Part shown: positions 17,306 to 25,561 of the stretch, piece by piece
How positions within the stretch are numbered: position 1 is the stretch's first letter
How the letters are laid out: every line of letters starts with the position of its first letter
Assembly (NCBI GenBank): GCA_043760705.1
Contig: JAYUOT010000001.1
Span: forward strand, 53,231-117,230
DNA length: 64,000 bases
DNA from: Betaproteobacteria bacterium
GTDB taxonomy: Bacteria; Pseudomonadota; Gammaproteobacteria; Burkholderiales; Burkholderiaceae_E
Direction: 5' to 3'
Translations under genes and position numbers: made by a program
Notes under the pieces: generated by a model
The model's input: the letters and a program-made list of their open reading frames with translations, nothing else
Told to the model about the DNA's origin: nothing
The model's database searches: none

Positions 17306-18400
17306 ATGGCACCTGCAATTTCAGATCCCGAAGGGCTGATACCGACTTTGTTGGAGTTTTTGGCGCGCTCTGCCGTCAGCGATCAGGCGTTTAATCTTTT
17401 GGCGCTTCGCCTTTTTGCCTATCAGTTCAAACAGAATCTGGCCTATCAGCGTTTTTGTCAAAGGCGAGGCAAAACACCTCGGCTCGTAAAGCACTGGCAC
17501 GACATTCCGGCGGTGCCGATCAATGCCTTTAAAGATTTTACGCTCAGTTGTATTGCGCATCACGAGTGTGCGCGCGTGTTTATGACGAGCGGTACCACAC
17601 GCGGTGAAGTCAAGGGCCGAAATTTCCACCCGAGCCTTGAAGTTTATGACGCCTCGATGCGGAGTCACTTTCAGCCCAGTTTCATGCCAGACATTGAGCG
17701 CATTCGGATGGGGATTCTTTTTCCAACCGAGTCGATGTTGCCGAACTCATCCCTAGCGCATTACCTGGCGCTCGCCGTTGAACACTTTGGCTTATCCAAG
17801 AGTGCCTATTTCCTGAATGAGACGGGCTTGCAAGTCGATGCGCTTTGTACTGTGCTTGAGGAGGTACAAAGCAACGGTGAGCCGTTTGCCTTGCTGGGCG
17901 CCAGCTATGCGTTTGTGCATTTGTTCGATGCGCTCGACGAGCGCGGTGTGACCTACAAGCTGCCTGCCGGGAGTCGTATTCTCGATACCGGCGGGTTCAA
18001 GGGACAGTCCCGCGAAGTGCCTATGGAGGTCTTTTACGAGAAACTGTCCGCAACCTTCGGTGTAGAACGCAGGCATTGCATCAACATGTACGGCATGACT
18101 GAGCTGAGCACTCAATTCTATGACCTTGGCAATGAGACGATTCCCTCCGTCAAACGGGGGCCGCACTGGATTCGATCTCGCCTAGTCGACCCTCTCACGG
18201 GCCGGGACGTGGCCTTGGGCGAGCGCGGAATTCTTGCTCACACGGATCTCGCCAATTTTAATTCGGTCACCACGATCCTGACGGAGGATGTTGGCGTGGC
18301 GACTCAGGACGGTTTTGTACTGCTCGGGCGCGCGCAAGGCGTGGAGGCCAAGGGTTGCTCGATGGCCGTCGACGAATTCTTAAGATCGGCTTCGACATGA
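17306..18400 (+). CDS. LuxE-like acyl-protein synthetase (adenylating enzyme)
   Basis: LALRLFAYQFKQNLAYQRFC N-terminal region, MTSGTT, DTGGFKG, and LGRAQGVEAKGCS with a near-C-terminal Cys. The ORF track opens at 17207, but that lies inside the riboswitch aptamer. The first post-aptamer in-frame ATG is 17306. Confidence 0.75.
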   Translation: MAPAISDPEGLIPTLLEFLARSAVSDQAFNLLALRLFAYQFKQNLAYQRFCQRRGKTPRLVKHWHDIPAVPINAFKDFTLSCIAHHECARVFMTSGTTRGEVKGRNFHPSLEVYDASMRSHFQPSFMPDIERIRMGILFPTESMLPNSSLAHYLALAVEHFGLSKSAYFLNETGLQVDALCTVLEEVQSNGEPFALLGASYAFVHLFDALDERGVTYKLPAGSRILDTGGFKGQSREVPMEVFYEKLSATFGVERRHCINMYGMTELSTQFYDLGNETIPSVKRGPHWIRSRLVDPLTGRDVALGERGILAHTDLANFNSVTTILTEDVGVATQDGFVLLGRAQGVEAKGCSMAVDEFLRSAST

Positions 18401-19899
18401 CGTCGACTGCATTCAGAGCGGCTTATCTGCCGGGCGTACAGCCGGAAGAGGTCACCTGGCAGGCACTGGAGTTTCTGACGCCGGGCGTTGACGCTGGCGT
18501 CGGCACTTTACCTGGGTCAACCCTCAAGGTGGAGGTTCCTCAGCTGAGCCCGGCTCAGATGGTTGCTTTAGCGCACAGAGTACGCCAAGCCAGCCGCGCG
18601 CAGCTCAAAGAGATGACCGTATCAGACATCGTACGGGTGATTGATGCGGCAATCGCGCGCTTGCTTGATGTCCATGATGAGTATCGCAAGCTCCTGGAAG
18701 AGCTGTTGCCAAAGATTACTGGTTTTGATGAGGAGATGGTGCGTCTCGGGCTGAACGGCTTTCTGCTCTCGTTTCGAGCTCTGCAATTGCACCGCTTCGT
18801 GGCTGAGGATTTTGCGAATCCAAAAATCTTGGATGAATTTCAGCCGCAGACGAAACAAGGCTGGTCTAAAGCCCAGGGTGCAGATTTGACGGTCCATGTT
18901 TGGGCCGGTAATGTGCCGGCGCTACCGTTGTGGAGCATGGTGTCGGCGCTCCTGGTGAAAGCCGGTGTGATCGGAAAGGTGTCGAGTGCCGAGCCGGTAT
19001 TTGCAAGTCTTTTTGCTAGGCTTCTCGTTGAGATTGAACCGCGCTGGCGTGATTGCCTGGCCGTCGTATGGTGGAAGGGTGGCGAGGAGGACCTTGAGTC
19101 CTGTCTTTTTCCCCTGGCGGATGTGGTGCTTGCTTACGGAGGCACCTCCGCGCTCAATGGCATTCAATCGCGGGTCCCATCCTCAACACGCTTCCTGGCC
19201 TACGGCCATAAGATCAGCTTGAGTGTGGTGTCCAAGGCCGCGTTGACAACGCGAAAAGGGCAGGCCTGTGCGCGCTTGGCCGCACTGGATGTGGCGCGTT
19301 GGGATCAGCAGGGCTGCTATTCACCCCATGTCATTTATGTTCAAAGAGGCGCGGCGCTTTCACCCCTGGGCTTCGCGCAACTGCTCGCCGGCGAGTTGGC
19401 CTCACTCGAACCCAAAATGGCTCGACGCCTTTTGTCACTAGAAGAGGCGAGCCGCTTAGCGAACTGGCGTGAGTCGCATGAATTTAAAATGTTGAAGTCT
19501 TCAGCCGCCGCCCCGGCCCGTATCGTCTTGGGGGATCAAGGCCATGCCTGGTGCGTGGTCTATTCTGATGAGGCGATACCCCTCGAACCTGGCCCGCTGA
19601 ATCGAAGTGTATTGGTGGTCGCTGTGGATCGCTTGGAAGATGTCTGCGGTTTGATTCAATCGCAATCTGCTTTCCTGCAGACCGTAGGTTTGGCGGTTTC
19701 GCCTGAAGAATTGTTACCTTTTGCTGGGCGCTTAGGGCAGTTTGGTGCCACACGAATTTGCGCGCTTGGCGCAATGACCTCGCCTGAAGCTGGATGGCAT
19801 CACGACGGGCGATTCAGTTTGCTTGACTTGGTGCGCATGGTCGACGTTGAACACTCAGCCGAAGTACTCGCCGAGAACTTCACAAGTTATGAGTCCTGA
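18397..19899 (+). CDS. LuxC-like acyl-CoA/acyl-protein reductase (aldehyde-forming, ALDH superfamily)
   Basis: The ATGA overlaps the upstream stop. Length about 500 aa, candidate catalytic Cys in WDQQGCYSPH, and a layout typical of LuxC-family reductases. Confidence 0.75.
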   Translation: MTSTAFRAAYLPGVQPEEVTWQALEFLTPGVDAGVGTLPGSTLKVEVPQLSPAQMVALAHRVRQASRAQLKEMTVSDIVRVIDAAIARLLDVHDEYRKLLEELLPKITGFDEEMVRLGLNGFLLSFRALQLHRFVAEDFANPKILDEFQPQTKQGWSKAQGADLTVHVWAGNVPALPLWSMVSALLVKAGVIGKVSSAEPVFASLFARLLVEIEPRWRDCLAVVWWKGGEEDLESCLFPLADVVLAYGGTSALNGIQSRVPSSTRFLAYGHKISLSVVSKAALTTRKGQACARLAALDVARWDQQGCYSPHVIYVQRGAALSPLGFAQLLAGELASLEPKMARRLLSLEEASRLANWRESHEFKMLKSSAAAPARIVLGDQGHAWCVVYSDEAIPLEPGPLNRSVLVVAVDRLEDVCGLIQSQSAFLQTVGLAVSPEELLPFAGRLGQFGATRICALGAMTSPEAGWHHDGRFSLLDLVRMVDVEHSAEVLAENFTSYES

Positions 19900-20704
19900 G
19901 ATGAATCATTTTCTGGACATGCGGTCGGTCACTTACGGTTACGTCGACCAAGCAGCGGTGGTGAACAATGTCAGCCTGCAGATAGCTCCCGCCAGGATTC
20001 ACAGCCTGATTGGCCGGAGTGGCTGCGGCAAGAGCACCTTGCTCAAGTTGGCGGCCGGGCTACTCATGCCCCGCTTGGGGGAGGTTGTTTTTCAAGCTCA
20101 GGAGGTCACCGGTCCGCTGTCTGATATGGGGTATGTGTTCCAGTCGCCGACCTTACTCTCCTGGATCGACGTAATTCATAATGTCTTGCTGCCGATTTCG
20201 CTCCATCGTTCGGTGACCCCGGCGGATCGGGCGCGCGCCGAACAATTACTCGGGCAAATGGGGTTAACCGGCCTGGAGCGGCGTCTCCCGCAACATCTCT
20301 CGGGTGGACAGCAGAGCCGGGTGGCCATTGCTCGCGCCCTGATCGCTGCACCTCGTATTTTATTGATGGATGAGCCTTTCTCTGCACTCGATGCAATTAC
20401 GCGCGAGGAATTGCAGCACGACTTTTTAAGCCTGTGCCGGCACCAAGGGATGGCGGTGTTCTTTGTCACCCACGACATTGCCGAGGCCGTGTACTTAGGC
20501 GATACCGTGAGCGTCATGCGTGCGGGCCGCATGGTTCTCGATCGCCACAGCCATCTGGCTTTTCCGAGGCCACCCGGGATTCGATACAGCCCTGCCTTTA
20601 ATGCGCTGTGTGCTGAACTGCGCGAGGCGATGGAAGGCGAGGTGAGAGAGGGTGAGGCTAAAGATCACCAGGCCAACAAAGAGCAAAAAGTGGAGGCCGC
20701 TTGA
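19889..20704 (+). CDS. ABC transporter ATP-binding protein, NitT/TauT family (ThiZ-like)
   Basis: Walker A GRSGCGKST, signature LSGGQQ and Walker B LLMDEPFS. The alternative ATG at 19901 lies 2 nt after the luxC-like stop. Confidence 0.85.
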   Translation: MSPEMNHFLDMRSVTYGYVDQAAVVNNVSLQIAPARIHSLIGRSGCGKSTLLKLAAGLLMPRLGEVVFQAQEVTGPLSDMGYVFQSPTLLSWIDVIHNVLLPISLHRSVTPADRARAEQLLGQMGLTGLERRLPQHLSGGQQSRVAIARALIAAPRILLMDEPFSALDAITREELQHDFLSLCRHQGMAVFFVTHDIAEAVYLGDTVSVMRAGRMVLDRHSHLAFPRPPGIRYSPAFNALCAELREAMEGEVREGEAKDHQANKEQKVEAA

Positions 20705-21459
20705 TACGCCGCGACGATGCAGCCGCAGTCTTGCTCGGCCTCCTGTGCCTACTGGCCTGGGAAGTGATCGTCGCGCTGTTTCATCCCTCGCCTTTGGTTT
20801 TACCAGCTCCCTCGGTCATTGCAGCCTCACTTTGGAAAGGCCTCACCAGCGGATTTCTCTGGCCACACATTGTCTTGACGACGATCGAGGCCTTGTTAGG
20901 GCTGATGCTGGGCGCATGTATGGGCTTCATCGGTGGAGTGACGCTCGGTGAGTCGGCTAGCTTGCGCCGAATTTTCATGCCTTTTGTATTGGTGAGTCAG
21001 GTGATTCCAAAGTTGGCCCTGGCCCCCTTGTTTATCGTGTGGTTCGGCTTTGGCACCTTGCCGACGGTGATTATGACGGCGCTGATTTGTTTCTTTCCTT
21101 TGCTGGAGAACACGGCCACCGCCATGCAGCAAGTTGATCCTCAACGCCTTGAGTTGTTTCGCATGTTGCGGGCGAATTCGTGGCAGACACTATTACGCTT
21201 AAAAATCCCCTCGGGATTGCCGAGCATCATGGCCGGCTTTCGGGTGGCCGTGGTGCTTGCCTGGGTGGGTGCCGTCGTGGCCGAGTTTATCGGAGCCAGT
21301 CGTGGCCTGGGCGCCTTGATTATTGGGGCTCAAGGTTCGATGGATACCTCCCTGATGTTTGCCGTATTGGTGGTGATTACGGTGCTGGGTCTGGCGTCAT
21401 ATAAAGCGGCGCTATGGTTGGAACTGCGCATGTTGCGTGCGCAGTTTTTTGGGTTTTAG
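20701..21459 (+). CDS. ABC transporter permease, NitT/TauT family (ThiX-like)
   Basis: The TTG start overlaps the ATPase stop (TTGA). Six hydrophobic segments and an EAA-like loop (ENTATAMQQVDP...LRLKIPSGLPSIMAG). Confidence 0.85.
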   Translation: MIRRDDAAAVLLGLLCLLAWEVIVALFHPSPLVLPAPSVIAASLWKGLTSGFLWPHIVLTTIEALLGLMLGACMGFIGGVTLGESASLRRIFMPFVLVSQVIPKLALAPLFIVWFGFGTLPTVIMTALICFFPLLENTATAMQQVDPQRLELFRMLRANSWQTLLRLKIPSGLPSIMAGFRVAVVLAWVGAVVAEFIGASRGLGALIIGAQGSMDTSLMFAVLVVITVLGLASYKAALWLELRMLRAQFFGF

Positions 21460-21471
21460 AAGGGTTAAGCG

Positions 21472-22482
21472 ATGTTGAACAAGTTATGCCGAAGTTTTAT
21501 TGCGCCTGTTGTCCTTGGTCTATGGGCAATGCAAGCGCCCGGGCTTGCACAAGCGCAGTCTGCGCCCAAGGCAGATCGAGTGACTGTCGCGGGGTGGAGT
21601 AAACCGATCACCGAAATTACCAACTTGCTGGTGGAGGAACAGAAGGGATTCTTTAGAGCTAAGAGTATCGACTTTGCCTATGTGCCTGGCGCGGGTGGCG
21701 GTGATGCCTTGCGCAATTTGCTGAGCGGACAGGCTGATGTCGCGTTCACTGATCCAGGCTCGCTCTTTGCCGCACTCGACAAGGGTGAAAAGCTGCGAGT
21801 GATTTATGACATCTATCCGCAAAACGTGTTCAACGTGGTCTCACTCAAATCTAAAAACATTACCAAGCCCGCCGATTTGAAGGGCAAGCGCATTGGTGTC
21901 TACAGTCTAGCGAGCGGCACCCGACAAAATCTGCAAGTTCTCTTGCACCAGGCTGGCCTGACTGAAAGTGACGTCACGGTCGTCGTCACTGGCCTTTTGA
22001 ATTTTGCGCCTTTGATGCAGGGGCAGGTCGATGCCACCGCGGCAACGGACACCGGTTTGTTGGTGGGGCGCCAGCGCGGACTTGGCGAAGTCAATGTGAT
22101 GGAGGTTAAAAACCATCTGAATATCTCCAGTGATTTTTTTGTGGTTCGCGAAGAAACCTACCAGAAACGGAAGGACGTTCTGAAACGATTCTTGCAGGCC
22201 TATCAAGACAGCGCGGCCTGGATGATTCGAGCGCCTAATGAAGCCGCAACCCTGGCGATTAAATATGCGATTGATGGGCAAAATCCAGAAGTCAATATCG
22301 AGATCATCAAGCTGCGCAATCTATCGAGTGTCTCTAGTCTTACTCAAAAATCCGGGCTGGGTACGCTTGACGTGGAAGCCTTGCAAAGAGCCGCTCAAGC
22401 CTATAAGGCGATTGGTGTGCTTCAACGTGACATCAAGGTTTCTGAGCTCCTGGGGCAGGACCTTTTGCCGGGTAAGCGATGA
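21472..22482 (+). CDS. Periplasmic substrate-binding protein, NMT1/THI5-like (ThiY-like)
   Basis: Signal peptide ending AQA. GFFRAKSIDFAYVPGAGGGDALRNLLSGQADVAF is typical of SsuA/ThiY/NMT1-type binding proteins. Confidence 0.8.
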   Translation: MLNKLCRSFIAPVVLGLWAMQAPGLAQAQSAPKADRVTVAGWSKPITEITNLLVEEQKGFFRAKSIDFAYVPGAGGGDALRNLLSGQADVAFTDPGSLFAALDKGEKLRVIYDIYPQNVFNVVSLKSKNITKPADLKGKRIGVYSLASGTRQNLQVLLHQAGLTESDVTVVVTGLLNFAPLMQGQVDATAATDTGLLVGRQRGLGEVNVMEVKNHLNISSDFFVVREETYQKRKDVLKRFLQAYQDSAAWMIRAPNEAATLAIKYAIDGQNPEVNIEIIKLRNLSSVSSLTQKSGLGTLDVEALQRAAQAYKAIGVLQRDIKVSELLGQDLLPGKR

Positions 22483-23312
22483 ACGCCTTAAACCCCTCGA
22501 GCGGCGCGGCAAGCAAGAGCGAGCGCACAGTGCACAGGCTGCCCGGGAAGTTTGACGGCAAGGTGGTTTTGGTGACCGGTGCGAGTCGAGGCATCGGCGC
22601 GGCCATTGCCAAGGCGTTCGCGGCGGAAGGTGCGATGGTCTTGGTCAACTATCTTCGTAATAGCGTCGCCGCGAATGAGGTGGTTGCGCACTGTCAAGCT
22701 CTCGGTGGCGAGGCCTGGGCACTGCAAGCAGATGTACGCTCGCGCGAGGCTGTAGAGGCCATGGTGGCTGAGGCATTGAGTGAGGTGGGCCAGATCGATG
22801 TGTTGGTCAATAACGCCTTGAGTCCTTACGCGTTTGACCCCGAGCAGCGCCCGCGTTTTGGTGATATCCCCTGGGCCGCGTATCAAGAACAGTTTGAGGC
22901 TTCGGTGCAGGCCGCCTATCACACCTGTCAGGCTTTGCTCGAACACTTCAAGCGGCGCGGGCAAGGCAGTATTGTGAATTTGGTCAGTGACTTGGTCGAG
23001 CATCCCGTGATCGCTTATCACGACTACAGCACGGCAAAATCTGCCCTGGTCGGTTTTAGTCGCAACCTCGCCGCCGATCTAGGACCGCTCGGCATTCGGG
23101 TGAATTGCGTGGCGCCGGGCCTAGTGTTTCCGACAGAGTCTAGTCGTCACACCCAGGAGGCCGTCAAAGACGCGATTATTTCGCAAACCCCCTTGGGGCG
23201 AATTGCCAATCCAGACGATATCGCAGGACCCGTGTTGTTCCTGGCCTCGTCGTGGAGCCGCTTTATGACCGGTCAGGTACTGGTGGTTGACGGCGGCTTG
23301 GTGATGAAATGA
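22479..23312 (+). CDS. SDR family oxidoreductase (FabG-like)
   Basis: The ATGA overlaps the binding-protein stop. VLVTGASRGIG, NNAL and YSTAK motifs. Confidence 0.85.
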   Translation: MNALNPSSGAASKSERTVHRLPGKFDGKVVLVTGASRGIGAAIAKAFAAEGAMVLVNYLRNSVAANEVVAHCQALGGEAWALQADVRSREAVEAMVAEALSEVGQIDVLVNNALSPYAFDPEQRPRFGDIPWAAYQEQFEASVQAAYHTCQALLEHFKRRGQGSIVNLVSDLVEHPVIAYHDYSTAKSALVGFSRNLAADLGPLGIRVNCVAPGLVFPTESSRHTQEAVKDAIISQTPLGRIANPDDIAGPVLFLASSWSRFMTGQVLVVDGGLVMK

Positions 23313-24205
23313 AGCGGCATCGGAGCAAAGCCATGATTCAGGGGGCCATGGCCGTGGCCGGTGGTGATGTTGGCGCCGTGGCTGATCGCGCTCAGAATAA
23401 AGCTGCGTGCCAAGGAGATGGCTTCCTGGAGCGGATGCCCCAAGGCCAGATAAGCGGCAATCGCCGAGGACAAGGTGCAGCCGGTGCCGTGGACATTGCG
23501 GCTCGCGATGCGCACCGAGGACAAATGGACCGGTCGCGAATATCCCTGTCGCGAATATCCCGGTTTCGTAGGTCCCAAGCTAGAGTCGGTGGGGCTGGCT
23601 TGCGGCGGAGCCGCTTGCAGCAGCACATCCACGACCTCTTCGCCGACCAGGTGACCGCCCTTGAGCAACACGGCACGTGCACCCAGGTCCAAGAGATCTC
23701 GTGCCGCTTGATCCAGCTCATCGACAGCCGTAAGGTCTCTTCCCAAGAGAAGTCCTGCTTCGTCCAGATTCGGCGTGATCACACGGGCGCGAGGAAACAA
23801 CTCGCGCACCAGAATCTCAACGGTTTCTTGGGCGATCAGCGCATCACCACTGGTCGCGACCATGACCGGATCCAGCACAACGTTGGGCAGTCGGTAATGA
23901 TCGATCGCCCAGGCCACGACTTCGACGATGCCGGGTGCGTGCAACATGCCAATTTTGACCGCATCAACCCCAATGTCTTCCACGACGGCCTGAATTTGAG
24001 CCTTGAGAAATTCGGGTGGCACGGCGTGAATGCCGCGTACACCCAGGGTGTTTTGCGCCGTCAGTGCGGTGATCGCACTCATGCCATAGCATCCCAGGGC
24101 CGCAAAGGTTTTGAGATCGGCCTGGATGCCGGCACCGCCGCCACTATCAGAGCCTGCGATGGTCAGGACGCGTGCATAGCTAAGAGTTTTCCCCATGCCG
24201 GGCAT
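23273..24205 (-). CDS. thiD: Hydroxymethylpyrimidine / phosphomethylpyrimidine kinase
   Basis: VLTIAGSDSGGGAGIQADLKTF, TPNLDEAG and HGTGCTLSSAIA motifs. The ORF opens at 24394, but the ThiD domain begins just after the ATGs at 24205/24196. Confidence 0.85.
   Translation of the reverse strand: MPGMGKTLSYARVLTIAGSDSGGGAGIQADLKTFAALGCYGMSAITALTAQNTLGVRGIHAVPPEFLKAQIQAVVEDIGVDAVKIGMLHAPGIVEVVAWAIDHYRLPNVVLDPVMVATSGDALIAQETVEILVRELFPRARVITPNLDEAGLLLGRDLTAVDELDQAARDLLDLGARAVLLKGGHLVGEEVVDVLLQAAPPQASPTDSSLGPTKPGYSRQGYSRPVHLSSVRIASRNVHGTGCTLSSAIAAYLALGHPLQEAISLARSFILSAISHGANITTGHGHGPLNHGFAPMPLHFITKPPSTTST
23533..23562. repeat. 15-bp in-frame tandem repeat inside thiD (encodes GYSRQ-GYSRP)
   Basis: gtcgcgaatatccct / gtcgcgaatatcccg: two copies with one mismatch. 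Confidence 0.85.
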
Positions 24206-24234
24206 TATCCACAAATCAGCGAGGCGCTCGCCCA

Positions 24235-25347
24235 ATGAGCTCAAAACCCAAGAGTGCTGTGCTGGGCGCTGGCCTGATGGGTCGGCTACTGGCTCATCGC
24301 CTGGCCGAATTGGGGCATCAGGTTGAGGTGTTTGAGGCGCAGGGGCCGGACGCGCAAGGGGCCGCAGCAAGAGTCGCTGCGGCGATGCTTGCACCCTTGG
24401 CAGAATCGGCGATCACGGAATTCCCCGTGGTGCGTATGGGTCAACATTCATTGCTGCGCTGGCCGCAACTGATTGCGGGCCTTGCTGAGCCCGTGTTTTT
24501 TCAGCAGAACGGTACCTTGATCGTCTGGCATCGGCAGGATGCGGCGGAGGCGCGCCGCTTTGAGGAATGCCTCAAGCAAACCCAGCTTAAGCTCTCCGAT
24601 TTGCCTGCGCCGGCTCATCTTGTCGAAGCTTCACTCGCCGACCTCGAGCCCGCTCTCAGCGGCCGCTTTTCGCAGGCGCTCTACCTACCCGGCGAAGGTC
24701 AACTCGACAATCGCCAGTTGCTCGCCGCACTTTTACAAAGCTTGCAGCGGCAAGGTGTGACGCTGCACTGGCATAGCCCACGTTCCTTGGAAGATTTCCC
24801 GGTCTCTAGGGATCGTCATTCAAGAAAGGGCCCGGATGCTACTGATTTTGACTGGGTCTTTGATTGTCGAGGCTTGGGCGCTCGCGCTCAATGGCCCGCC
24901 TTGCGCGGGGTCCGTGGCGAGGTGATCCGGCTCTATGCGCCAGAGGTGACTTTGCAAAGACCCACCCGCTTGATTCACCCTCGTTACCCACTCTATATTG
25001 CGCCCAAAGAAAACCATGTGTTTGTGGTCGGTGCGACCGAAATTGAGAGTGATGATTTGTCACCTGCCAGTGTGCGCTCGACCCTTGAACTTTTGAGCGC
25101 TGCGTACACCGTTCACAGCGGTTTTGCCGAAGCGCGCATTTTGGAGATCGCGACCCAGGCTCGGCCGACCCTGCCTGATAATTTACCGGCCGTGCGTTGC
25201 CTGGACGAGCGTCGCCTGCAAATCAACGGACTGTATCGCCACGGCTTTCTCATCGCTCCGGCGCTGCTGGATGTGGTGCTGGAATGGGTGCAACATCAAA
25301 CAAAGATCCTGGCGGGTGCATTGGAGTTGAAATTTGAACATGACTGA
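24235..25347 (+). CDS. thiO: FAD-dependent glycine oxidase
   Basis: N-terminal dinucleotide fold AVLGAGLMGRLLAHRLAELGHQVEVFE, a DAO-family layout, and a position directly upstream of thiS-thiG. Confidence 0.8.
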   Translation: MSSKPKSAVLGAGLMGRLLAHRLAELGHQVEVFEAQGPDAQGAAARVAAAMLAPLAESAITEFPVVRMGQHSLLRWPQLIAGLAEPVFFQQNGTLIVWHRQDAAEARRFEECLKQTQLKLSDLPAPAHLVEASLADLEPALSGRFSQALYLPGEGQLDNRQLLAALLQSLQRQGVTLHWHSPRSLEDFPVSRDRHSRKGPDATDFDWVFDCRGLGARAQWPALRGVRGEVIRLYAPEVTLQRPTRLIHPRYPLYIAPKENHVFVVGATEIESDDLSPASVRSTLELLSAAYTVHSGFAEARILEIATQARPTLPDNLPAVRCLDERRLQINGLYRHGFLIAPALLDVVLEWVQHQTKILAGALELKFEHD

Positions 25348-25555
25348 TTCGTTAACACTGACCGTGCAGATCAATAAGCTGCCCTACGCCTTGCCGCAGA
25401 ATGCAACCCTGGCCGATGCGGTCGCTCTGGCAGGAGTCAAGCCGCCTTTTGCCGCCGCCGTAAACCTGCGCTTTGTGCCGCGAGGCACCTATGACCAGTG
25501 CAAACTTCAACCCAATGATCAGATCGAGCTGATTGCACCGATTACCGGAGGCTGA
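25340..25555 (+). CDS. thiS: Sulfur-carrier protein ThiS
   Basis: About 70 aa ending in ...APITGG, the C-terminal Gly-Gly. An alternative TTG start lies at 25334. Confidence 0.85.
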   Translation: MTDSLTLTVQINKLPYALPQNATLADAVALAGVKPPFAAAVNLRFVPRGTYDQCKLQPNDQIELIAPITGG

Positions 25556-25561
25556 CCGCGA

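Noticed and set aside
23309-24238. 309-aa ORF on the plus strand
   Set aside because: It lies entirely antisense to thiD, whose translation has unmistakable ThiD motifs. The plus-strand product is Arg/Gly/Gln-rich with no motifs, a typical high-GC shadow ORF.
24206-24394. Long form of thiD with a 63-aa Pro-rich N-terminal extension
   Set aside because: The extension is low-complexity, lies antisense to the Rossmann-fold start of thiO, and the ThiD domain starts immediately after the internal ATGs. It is kept only as an alternative.
24300-24400. Possible second THI-box on the minus strand upstream of thiD (aacctgatg and agggtgc seen in reverse complement)
   Set aside because: Only two short blocks match. 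CTGAGA and the AGGGA closing block are absent, the spacing is wrong and the region is thiO coding sequence. It looks like a chance similarity.
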